A program made the position numbers and the translations under genes. Of a DNA stretch of 20,000 nucleotides, positions 8,313 to 15,305 are shown piece after piece. The stretch's first letter is position 1. Every line of letters begins with the position of its first letter. This DNA is from an uncultured virus (IMG/VR IMGVR_UViG_3300028557_000031) (lineage: Duplodnaviria > Heunggongvirae > Uroviricota > Caudoviricetes): positions 54,205 to 74,204 of the IMG/VR virus record IMGVR_UViG_3300028557_000031; one strand, given 5' to 3'. Below the pieces are notes generated by a model, which made no database searches, was not told the origin of the DNA, and saw only the letters and a program-made list of their open reading frames with translations.

Positions 8313-8822
8313 CTATCTCCCGTAAGTTTTGAAGATTTCAATCTTAGTTTGTAGGGGTTTCGATGGTGTTACTTTAGGTTTTCTTGAATTTTGGAGATTG
8401 TTATAGACAATGTCAATGTGGTTCATATTAGTTCCACAACCTTTCAATGCCTCACGATATTCCTTAATAAAAAAATTATCTATCAAAGGGTCATCGGGTT
8501 TGATACTAAATTTTTTAGACACAGAGAGCCGAATAATTTCCAAGTCATCATTTTTTTTGAACAACCAATAAGGTATCCTAATCAAAAAATAACCTGGACG
8601 ATTTTCATCGTGTGATAAAACCTTTATTTGACTTTTAGGTAATTTTATTTCTTTGACACTTATAAAGTAATCCAAAGCACCATTGGCCCATTCATTACCT
8701 GACTTTTCTTTTTCTTGAACATTCAAAATAACAATCTGAGTAGATGTTTCACTCTTTACATAATAATATGCATCGATGGTCTTGTCTTCAGGGTTATAAA
8801 CCTTCTTGTAAAAGTTTTCCAT
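8313..8822 (-). CDS. Hypothetical protein (start revised to MENFYK at 8822)
   Basis: TATCTTTG-GGGT-ATG at 8834-8820. Confidence 0.8.
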   Translation of the reverse strand: MENFYKKVYNPEDKTIDAYYYVKSETSTQIVILNVQEKEKSGNEWANGALDYFISVKEIKLPKSQIKVLSHDENRPGYFLIRIPYWLFKKNDDLEIIRLSVSKKFSIKPDDPLIDNFFIKEYREALKGCGTNMNHIDIVYNNLQNSRKPKVTPSKPLQTKIEIFKTYGR

Positions 8823-8855
8823 ACCCCAAAGATAAAACAAAAATCTTGATGGAAA

Positions 8856-9014
8856 TTATTTTTTAAAAAAATATTCACCCATATGTTTGATGAAAACCAA
8901 ACCAACCTCAAACTCAGGATTTAATTTACGAATCCAAATTTCTTTAGAACCATCATATGGTTTCAAAGTGATTTTTTTATCTGTTAGTTCTATAGTACCT
9001 TTTATATTTTCCAT
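8856..9014 (-). CDS. 52-aa hypothetical protein (start revised to MENIKG at 9014)
   Basis: The longer track ORF overlaps a divergent promoter and gene; TATTATTT-CAAT-ATG upstream. Confidence 0.55.
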   Translation of the reverse strand: MENIKGTIELTDKKITLKPYDGSKEIWIRKLNPEFEVGLVFIKHMGEYFFKK

Positions 9015-9032
9015 ATTGAAATAATAAAACCA

Positions 9033-9064
9033 TTTGGTGAAAAGTAAAAGTTGTTTTATATTTG
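9033..9064 (+). promoter_or_regulatory. Complete Bacteroidota sigma-A promoter
   Basis: TTTG(9033-9036)-N20-TATATTTG(9057-9064). Confidence 0.75.
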
Positions 9065-9091
9065 TAGAACAAATTCTAATTAAAATTAAAA

Positions 9092-9229
9092 ATGGCAAAA
9101 ATCTCATCCTCGAGTGGTAAGTTAGAAAAACCAAATGTTTCTCGTCCTGGCATTCACGCTAAGACCAAAACCTCAAAGAGCAAGCGTTCTAAACTCTATA
9201 AAAAGGCTTATAGAGGTCAAGGACGATAA
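9092..9229 (+). CDS. 45-aa very basic protein ending YRGQGR (not in ORF track)
   Basis: MAKISSSSGKLEKPNVSRPGIHAKTKTSKSKRSKLYKKAYRGQGR; own promoter, A-rich leader and terminator. Confidence 0.8.
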   Translation: MAKISSSSGKLEKPNVSRPGIHAKTKTSKSKRSKLYKKAYRGQGR

Positions 9230-9242
9230 CTTCTCTCAACCC

Positions 9243-9270
9243 CCCCCTCTTTTACCGAGGGGGTTTTTTT
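9243..9270 (+). terminator. Intrinsic terminator
   Basis: CCCCCTC-TTTTACC-GAGGGGG then T7. Confidence 0.8.
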
Positions 9271-9285
9271 ATTATATTTGATATT

Positions 9286-9876
9286 ATGAACGGATATAAA
9301 AAAATGTTCCATAAGATTATGGAATTCAAACTCAAGGGTGCCGACACTTATTATAACCATGGGTCTACTTGGATTATCTTGACCGACAAAAAACAGTGGG
9401 TTATAGAATTAACTAAAGATGGAACTCTTTGGTATAATTATTATTTCTTTCAGTCGATTCTTATTGGATTGATGGGGTTTGAAGATACGGTCAAAAATCA
9501 GAATTATATTACCGAGTGGGTTGAGAATTTTATTCAAAATGGGGTGAAACACACCCGCAACGGATTTGAATCCCGCCCAATCAGCGTTGACGACACCATT
9601 CAAAATAGGGTGAAAGAGACCAAACAAAACCCCATCGAGGACAGTCTTGCTATGGAAGAGGTCATTCAAAATGGGATTAAAGAAACTAAAACTTGCGAGT
9701 TACACTCTGCCTTGAGTGCCGAGCATATTATTAGAGAGGGTATCAAGGAAACTTGGGGTTATGAGAAACAACCTCAGATGAGAGTAAACGAGGTTATAAA
9801 TGTAGGAATCAAAAAAACAAATTGGAGAAAAGTAGATAATCATCCAACTTATTTAGAAAACATTTTAAAAAAATAA
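9286..9876 (+). CDS. Protein with C-terminal 22-aa tandem repeats (VExxIQNGVKET core)
   Basis: 196-aa ORF; TATATTTG 5 nt upstream of ATG; five repeat units. Confidence 0.8.
   Translation: MNGYKKMFHKIMEFKLKGADTYYNHGSTWIILTDKKQWVIELTKDGTLWYNYYFFQSILIGLMGFEDTVKNQNYITEWVENFIQNGVKHTRNGFESRPISVDDTIQNRVKETKQNPIEDSLAMEEVIQNGIKETKTCELHSALSAEHIIREGIKETWGYEKQPQMRVNEVINVGIKKTNWRKVDNHPTYLENILKK
9520..9852 (+). repeat. Five degenerate 36-nt repeats with unique 30-nt inserts (66-nt period), in frame; CRISPR-like geometry
   Basis: Repeat starts 9520, 9586, 9652, 9718, 9784; ATTCAAAAT core at 9532, 9598, 9664, degenerate at 9730 and 9796. Confidence 0.85.
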
Positions 9877-9879
9877 AGA

Positions 9880-10242
9880 TTAGTTATTACAATATGGTTG
9901 AACACACAAATTTAGGTGTTCTAATCTTTCTCTTGGTACTGTTGTCAGTCGAGTTACTTCCCCGATAGCAAATTTTTCGTTCATCCAAGTAGTAAATAAC
10001 CTTGCAAAGTCTTGTTTGGACACAGGAATAATTTTCATGAAGTTCTCATAATCTTCATCCAAAACAAGATATACTCTACCAAAATGTATAGTCTTATTAT
10101 AACCGACTCTACCTTGATTTCTTGAGTCAACAAAAACATAGGAATAATTTTTTCCGACTTTTGGTTTTATATCTCCAAATATTTTGTCGAAATATTTAAA
10201 GGCTAAATTTTTGATTTGTCTTCTACTTACAACATAATCCAT
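9880..10242 (-). CDS. Hypothetical protein of the WxNE(K/R) family
   Basis: LAFKYFDKIF ... LFTTWMNEKFAIGEV. Confidence 0.8.
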   Translation of the reverse strand: MDYVVSRRQIKNLAFKYFDKIFGDIKPKVGKNYSYVFVDSRNQGRVGYNKTIHFGRVYLVLDEDYENFMKIIPVSKQDFARLFTTWMNEKFAIGEVTRLTTVPRERLEHLNLCVQPYCNN

Positions 10243-10244
10243 TC

Positions 10245-11525
10245 TTACCTTCCATAATAACTGTTTATTATCCCAAGCTCCTCTAATGTATCATAGACTT
10301 CAGGTCTATTGGACTTGAGACTCTCTTTAGTTGGGAACTTACTCAAAAAATCTTTGATTTTAGAAGTAGGTATTTTACCAATACTCCCTTTTGTTAGAAT
10401 TGTTTTGGGTTTTTTAACGGGTTCAGTGACTCCGTAAACTTTGTTAACTAATATTTTAAAACCTTGGGTTCCATAGATTTTTAATCCTAATTTTACAAAA
10501 TCTTTTTCGTTTGCCAATAAACTATCCCAATCCTTATATTTTGTTGCAATTTCTCTAATTTTACCTGTTGGTAATTCCTCTTTTGGTTCAGATACTTGTT
10601 TTTTTCTATTCAAACCTTTTGTTAGTTGGTAGAAACCATTACTGCCAAAATATTTTCTAATGTTTTGTGCAACATCAGACCTTTGAGTAATAAAAATATC
10701 TAAATCTGTGTATTTTGAGATAATTTCTCTAGCATTTGTCACACTAAACTTCTCATTTTTTCTTTCAGCAACACCTCTCTTCAATCCACTCAATAAATCT
10801 CTAACAACATCCTTATCAAATGTTTTTTTAATATCGATGAGAAGTTTTGGATTTTCTTTTCTGAAGTCACCAAGATATTCGTAATTAGAAATTATTTTCT
10901 TGGCCTTTTCGAGTGAAAGAGGTTCTAATTTTAAAAACTTATTTTCGATATCGTTCATAAAATCGGTAAATTGTTCACCACCTAATTCCATACTTAAATC
11001 AGATAGTAATTTGACATTTTTCATTCTAAACTCATTGAACGATGAATAGTTTGATAAAATACTTTCAAGGTCTTGGAGTTTTAAATATGGATTTTCAGTT
11101 TGTTGTATTGTTTCAGGTTCGGTATCTTTGGTCGTAGATTGAGAAATTTTTCTACCCCTTGTACCTCTTTCTAAACCTGATAACAATTCGTTTGCCACTT
11201 CTTTACCAAATTTCGAATATAATCTTGATAATAAACTTGGATATTCAGATTTAAGTTCCTGTAAAGTTTTAAACTTAGAAATTATGTTTTTGTAGTAATC
11301 AATCCCTTTGGCTCTTTTTGTTTTTAGTTTTTCAAGTACATCTTTCCTAGTTCTGAGAAGGTATTGATAAAGTCCTGGCTGAGATGAAATAATTGTTTTG
11401 ATATCTGGGAATAACTCTTCCAAATAATTGGCAAGTTCGTCGTCCGACATTTCCATGGCAGCTTTAACATTTTGACTAGGGGGTCTCCCCTCAAAAATTA
11501 ATTTAATATACTCACTAAAATTCAT
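10245..11525 (-). CDS. 426-aa protein with about six helical repeats of 40-55 aa
   Basis: Recurring (I/L)S(K/N)(Y/F)xxLxxF...(F/Y)G...LLSGL(E/K)RG units. Confidence 0.85.
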   Translation of the reverse strand: MNFSEYIKLIFEGRPPSQNVKAAMEMSDDELANYLEELFPDIKTIISSQPGLYQYLLRTRKDVLEKLKTKRAKGIDYYKNIISKFKTLQELKSEYPSLLSRLYSKFGKEVANELLSGLERGTRGRKISQSTTKDTEPETIQQTENPYLKLQDLESILSNYSSFNEFRMKNVKLLSDLSMELGGEQFTDFMNDIENKFLKLEPLSLEKAKKIISNYEYLGDFRKENPKLLIDIKKTFDKDVVRDLLSGLKRGVAERKNEKFSVTNAREIISKYTDLDIFITQRSDVAQNIRKYFGSNGFYQLTKGLNRKKQVSEPKEELPTGKIREIATKYKDWDSLLANEKDFVKLGLKIYGTQGFKILVNKVYGVTEPVKKPKTILTKGSIGKIPTSKIKDFLSKFPTKESLKSNRPEVYDTLEELGIINSYYGR

Positions 11526-11638
11526 TTCTCAGATTCTAATTTTTTTAATAACTCCAAGTTCTCGTTATTTCTTTTATTTCTCTTCAAAACTGTTTTACGG
11601 CTTGTTGGTTTTGGTATAGACTTTTTAGATTTTGCCAT
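11522..11638 (-). CDS. 38-aa basic micro-protein (not in ORF track)
   Basis: MAKSKKSIPKPTSRKTVLKRNKRNNENLELLKKLESEK; TATTTAT-TGAT-ATG; ATGA overlap with next gene. Confidence 0.7.
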   Translation of the reverse strand: MAKSKKSIPKPTSRKTVLKRNKRNNENLELLKKLESEK

Positions 11639-11663
11639 ATCAATAAATATTCCGTCATCAAAT

Positions 11664-11696
11664 AAAAAAACCCCCTTGGTTTAGGGGGTTTTTTTT
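11664..11696. terminator. Intrinsic terminator (symmetric)
   Basis: AAAAAAACCCCCT-TGGTTT-AGGGGGTTTTTTT. Confidence 0.85.
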
Positions 11697-11712
11697 AATC
11701 AATATCATGTTA

Positions 11713-12102
11713 TTACACTACATTATTAAATGACAATCCAATATTACCACCACGGATAATATCATCCCAAGTACAAACAGTTACCGCTCCATTAGAAATT
11801 TGAGTTTGGTTAAACTCATTTTCTCCATTTACGAAAATATCCATACTAATTGTTTGGTCATTCAAATCTCCACGATTTACTATGACCCCATCTGTTGAGT
11901 TATAAACCAAAGTTCCAACCATTACATTGTTGTCATTTTCATCTTTGAATGTAAGAGTCAAAGATAATGTCTTAATAATTTCTGTCCATTCTAAAACAGA
12001 TAATGATTCAACCACAAATGGGTCAAATTCCGCGTTTGCAATTTGAACAACAAAATCAGTGTTGTTCTCAATTTTTAAATTAATTCCCCAAATTTCTTCC
12101 AT
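11713..12102 (-). CDS. Acidic, probably beta-rich hypothetical protein
   Basis: 129-aa ORF; TATTTAT at 12124-12118. Confidence 0.75.
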   Translation of the reverse strand: MEEIWGINLKIENNTDFVVQIANAEFDPFVVESLSVLEWTEIIKTLSLTLTFKDENDNNVMVGTLVYNSTDGVIVNRGDLNDQTISMDIFVNGENEFNQTQISNGAVTVCTWDDIIRGGNIGLSFNNVV

Positions 12103-12132
12103 TTCTAATCTTTTTTTATAAATAGTTTTTTA

Positions 12133-13011
12133 TTAACTAAAATCTAATCCTGTGTCAGCTACGGTTGTGTTAGATGTTGTGGTAGATGTGGGAATTTTTG
12201 CAGTTCTTTGAACTCCTGATGTTGGTTTTTGTGGTAATACACTTTGTAAACCTTTCGGCTGAGCACTTTGAGTTTTTTCTGCAGGCTTTCTGAACATAGC
12301 AGCATAGGTATCTTTACCAACTAAACCATCAACTTTCAAACCAACTTTAGTCTGAAATTCTTTGACAGCTTTTAAAATTTGTCCACCAAATTTTGAGTCA
12401 ATCGGACCAACTTTAAATCCCTCAGATTTTAATTTTTCTTGAACTTTTTTTACAAAGTTACCCCTCATACCGTATCTCAAGAGTTGTTTTCCATCTCTAA
12501 CTTCCTCTTCGGTAGGTGATGGTTTCCATTGAAATGGTTGTTTGATTCCACTTGAAGGTAATGGATATAACTTGAAAAGTTCATTGAGGTCATTTTTAAC
12601 TTTCTCACCCTTCGAATAATCAATTGTGACTGTGGTAAGTAATCTACTTGGTTTTATTGAATATCCTTTATCCTTGAAAAACTTATTGAAGTTAGCAAGA
12701 AGTCGAGTGTTATACCTTGAAAGTTCTGAAGTAGGGTTTGTTGGAATAATTTTCAACACTGGGTCTCTTGAATCTGTTGAAACGGAGTATGATGCGGTTT
12801 TATTTCGCTTATCTGCTGAACCCCAATTCAAAGAGGTTACTACGGTGTCCTCAATTTTGTAATTAAACTTTCTTGGTTGAGGGTTAACACCCATCATATT
12901 TTTCTCAAATGTCTTGAAATTTTGCCCACTGTCCACGGTAAGTTGCTCTTGTAAAACTTTTTTTACAATCCTTATTAAATCCGATTCTGTAAGTTTTATA
13001 ATTTTAGACAT
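12133..13011 (-). CDS. Peptidoglycan-binding (PG_binding_1) protein with LTESDL leader
   Basis: LLRYGMRGNFVKKVQEKL...GPIDSKFG....KAVKEFQ...GLKVDGLVGKDT; N-terminus MSKIIKLTESDLIRIVKKVLQE. Confidence 0.85.
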   Translation of the reverse strand: MSKIIKLTESDLIRIVKKVLQEQLTVDSGQNFKTFEKNMMGVNPQPRKFNYKIEDTVVTSLNWGSADKRNKTASYSVSTDSRDPVLKIIPTNPTSELSRYNTRLLANFNKFFKDKGYSIKPSRLLTTVTIDYSKGEKVKNDLNELFKLYPLPSSGIKQPFQWKPSPTEEEVRDGKQLLRYGMRGNFVKKVQEKLKSEGFKVGPIDSKFGGQILKAVKEFQTKVGLKVDGLVGKDTYAAMFRKPAEKTQSAQPKGLQSVLPQKPTSGVQRTAKIPTSTTTSNTTVADTGLDFS

Positions 13012-13298
13012 TACACCTTTTTTGTTAATGGTAAATGTTTATAAGAAGAATATTCAAATGTTCCTTCAGGAAGAGTTACTTTGAGTTTTTTGTCGTTTGT
13101 AATTTGAACCGTTGTTTTATACACACCGGGTTTAGGGTCCACAACTTTATTTTTTGGTTCAATATTCATTTGTTTTAAAGCAGTATTTCCAATTGCTCCC
13201 AAACGAGATTGTTCTTTCAGATTATTATTTTCATCCTTCAAAGATTCTACAATCTTGGAAAGTTGTTCTTCAGTGACTTTTAAATTTTTACTCTTCAT
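13011..13298 (-). CDS. Hypothetical protein with KVTEEQL leader (start revised to MKSKNL at 13298)
   Basis: Upstream extension overlaps the acidic tail of 13288-13494 in another frame. Confidence 0.75.
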   Translation of the reverse strand: MKSKNLKVTEEQLSKIVESLKDENNNLKEQSRLGAIGNTALKQMNIEPKNKVVDPKPGVYKTTVQITNDKKLKVTLPEGTFEYSSYKHLPLTKKV

Positions 13299-13494
13299 CT
13301 TCTTCTTCTCCTTCTTCTTCATCGGTCTCAACCTCTTCTGAAACATCATCCATAGTCTCTTCAACTTCCTCGGTGGCTTCTTCTTTTTTAACTTTAAGTC
13401 CGTTCATTTCATTTCCAAAGGCAACACCCATGTTTTCATAAAGAGATTGGATTCTATTTTTTTCTTCTTCGGTAATGATTAGTCTCTGTCCCAT
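13288..13494 (-). CDS. Small protein with MGQRLIITEEEK leader and very acidic tail
   Basis: N-terminal paralog of 2534-2824; TATTTAT at 13518-13512. Confidence 0.8.
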   Translation of the reverse strand: MGQRLIITEEEKNRIQSLYENMGVAFGNEMNGLKVKKEEATEEVEETMDDVSEEVETDEEEGEEEDEE

Positions 13495-13495
13495 A

Positions 13496-14026
13496 TTAGT
13501 TTTTTTTATTTATAAATAGTTTATAGTGTTCCTTTAGAACATTGTGTATTGTTTTTTTTAACTGTTCCTCAACTATTTTATAGTCGAAATTATAAGTTTC
13601 TTTAAAATCATATTCTGTGTCATCAGTGTCGTAGTCGAAATTTCCGGTATACCTATCAAATTTGAATTGTTTATGAACGGATTTTTCATCTGAACCCGAA
13701 TATCTTTCCGTCCCATATTCAGTACCCGTTTCTTGAAAATTTTGATTCCATTCTACTTTATACTGATTGTATTTTGGGTATTTTACATTCTCACCCGTTA
13801 TCGGAACTCCGTTGTTCAGATTATCAAGGTTTGCTTTAATTAACTCATAGATATCAAAAATTTCACTCGTATCTAAAGAGATATATTTGGCATACTTGTC
13901 CAACCAAATAGATAAGTCTGACAATTCTAAATCGTCAAAATCTCCTGTAAGGTTTTGCCATTGGTCAGGGAATTTTTTTATCAAAAAACTTATTTGTCGT
14001 AATTTTAATAAATCGGGGTCACTCAT
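13496..14026 (-). CDS. Hypothetical protein
   Basis: 176-aa ORF; TATTTAT at 14038-14032; C-terminal EEQLKKTIHNVLKE. Confidence 0.8.
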   Translation of the reverse strand: MSDPDLLKLRQISFLIKKFPDQWQNLTGDFDDLELSDLSIWLDKYAKYISLDTSEIFDIYELIKANLDNLNNGVPITGENVKYPKYNQYKVEWNQNFQETGTEYGTERYSGSDEKSVHKQFKFDRYTGNFDYDTDDTEYDFKETYNFDYKIVEEQLKKTIHNVLKEHYKLFINKKN

Positions 14027-14041
14027 ATGATATAAATACCA

Positions 14042-14197
14042 TCATTTTTGTTGTTTTGCCCGAATCAAATTGGCAAAAATTTGTCCAAAGCAACACCCGA
14101 AAAGAAAAGACAGGATAAGACTGGGATATAATAAATTAAAAATCGCAAAAATTGTTCCCAATAACATTAAAAAGTTATTGTTAATCTCAATCCTCAT
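14042..14197 (-). CDS. 51-aa membrane micro-protein (not in ORF track)
   Basis: MRIEINNNFLMLLGTIFAIFNLLYPSLILSFLFGCCFGQIFANLIRAKQQK; fills the gap in the operon. Confidence 0.55.
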   Translation of the reverse strand: MRIEINNNFLMLLGTIFAIFNLLYPSLILSFLFGCCFGQIFANLIRAKQQK

Positions 14198-14273
14198 CTT
14201 CTAAAGAATCACTAAAAGTGTTTTCATTTTTGATGTAGATATCTTCATCATCGTCAAGGTAATCTTCAGACAT
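14187..14273 (-). CDS. 28-aa acidic micro-protein (not in ORF track)
   Basis: MSEDYLDDDEDIYIKNENTFSDSLEDED; starts 5 nt after upstream stop and overlaps next start. Confidence 0.5.
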   Translation of the reverse strand: MSEDYLDDDEDIYIKNENTFSDSLEDED

Positions 14274-14278
14274 ATCGA

Positions 14279-14554
14279 TTAAATTTGAAATAAATCTTCA
14301 ATTTTACCATGTTCTTGAGAAAACCTCTCATTGAACCACTCACACATCAAAGGTTTAAAATTTTCCCAACTTAAATCAAGATACTTGGGTAAATCTTTTT
14401 GAGATTTTGGAATCCACAAAATGTGTTCGGTTTTGATAAACTCTTCCAATATATCATTAGGATTAGTTGGAAAACCAGGCAAAATAGACCTATTAACAGG
14501 ATAATTAGGGATAAATTTTAAATCCAAATATGTAAAAACAACTTCTTTTCTCAT
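14279..14554 (-). CDS. Hypothetical protein, WxNE(K/R)-like
   Basis: VVFTYLD ... LMCEWFNERF. Confidence 0.75.
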   Translation of the reverse strand: MRKEVVFTYLDLKFIPNYPVNRSILPGFPTNPNDILEEFIKTEHILWIPKSQKDLPKYLDLSWENFKPLMCEWFNERFSQEHGKIEDLFQI

Positions 14555-14829
14555 TACTTAACTAACGATTCAAAATAATTTAATGTGTCAACCAAAGATA
14601 AGTTAGAATTAATTGAAACTATTGTCTCATGTCCATCATCTACAGGTTTTTTTACTTTTGTCTCGGTTATAGTTGTCTGAGTATCGATAACCATATTAAT
14701 ATTGAAACCTTTCCAAACTACATTTACATTAACTTTATTATTATCTGAACTAATCATCTCAATACGGTTACAACCATGTTTTTCACACCAACTAAGAACA
14801 GTGGTAAAAGGGGCAGCACTAAAGTTCAT
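14554..14829 (-). CDS. Hypothetical protein
   Basis: 91-aa ORF, TAATG coupling to next gene. Confidence 0.7.
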   Translation of the reverse strand: MNFSAAPFTTVLSWCEKHGCNRIEMISSDNNKVNVNVVWKGFNINMVIDTQTTITETKVKKPVDDGHETIVSINSNLSLVDTLNYFESLVK

Positions 14830-14959
14830 AATTTAAATTTCTTTTTTTTAATTCTTGTTCCATTAATTGTTTCCCAACCGAAGATGACCAACTAGTAATC
14901 CCTCTCGAAAGCAATTCGCGATATGATTCGATAAGCTCATCGTCAGTTAGATGTTTCAT
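14819..14959 (-). CDS. 46-aa Sda-like helical hairpin protein (not in ORF track)
   Basis: MKHLTDDELIESYRELLSRGITSWSSSVGKQLMEQELKKRNLNYEL; overlaps both neighbours and fills the gap. Confidence 0.65.
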   Translation of the reverse strand: MKHLTDDELIESYRELLSRGITSWSSSVGKQLMEQELKKRNLNYEL

Positions 14960-15251
14960 CTTTTTTCTTAAAAAATAAAAATTGAAAAATCTTACCTCTC
15001 ACATTTTCCATTTTCTTCATCGCAAACCACTTCCCAATCACACTGCCTAAAATATAGAATGGTATAATCAAAAAATCACCTGAAAGTAATCCCTCAATCG
15101 AATAAAATACCGAAGCTAAACTCACCAAATTAATCCATACCGAATTCATCAGTAGTGGTACTAATTTATCTTCAAAGGTGAACTTTATCTCCAAAGTTTT
15201 AAAAATATTAAAAAGAAACTGAAAGACAAATACAATTAGATAGTTCAACAT
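14943..15251 (-). CDS. Three-TM membrane protein, DUF5698-like
   Basis: Three hydrophobic helices, FYILGSVIGKWFAM; consensus promoter upstream. Confidence 0.6.
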   Translation of the reverse strand: MLNYLIVFVFQFLFNIFKTLEIKFTFEDKLVPLLMNSVWINLVSLASVFYSIEGLLSGDFLIIPFYILGSVIGKWFAMKKMENVRGKIFQFLFFKKKDETSN

Positions 15252-15255
15252 ACAT

Positions 15256-15287
15256 CAAATATAAACTAAACTAACCAAACAAACAAA
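15256..15287 (-). promoter_or_regulatory. Complete Bacteroidota sigma-A promoter, ATG 4 nt downstream
   Basis: TTTG(15287-15284)-N20-TATATTTG(15263-15256)-ATGT-ATG. Confidence 0.75.
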
Positions 15288-15305
15288 TATTTATCTTAAA
15301 GGAAT

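Noticed and set aside
9520..9852. Calling the 66-nt array a functional CRISPR array or a DGR target
   Set aside because: Repeats are too degenerate, lie in an intact ORF, and no cas or reverse transcriptase gene is in the window; inserts are unrelated rather than adenine-mutated copies. Kept as a repeat and a finding.
14863..14940. Alternative 25-aa minus-strand ORF MSLSNHIANC...
   Set aside because: The overlapping 46-aa Sda-like frame fills the gap better and couples to both neighbours
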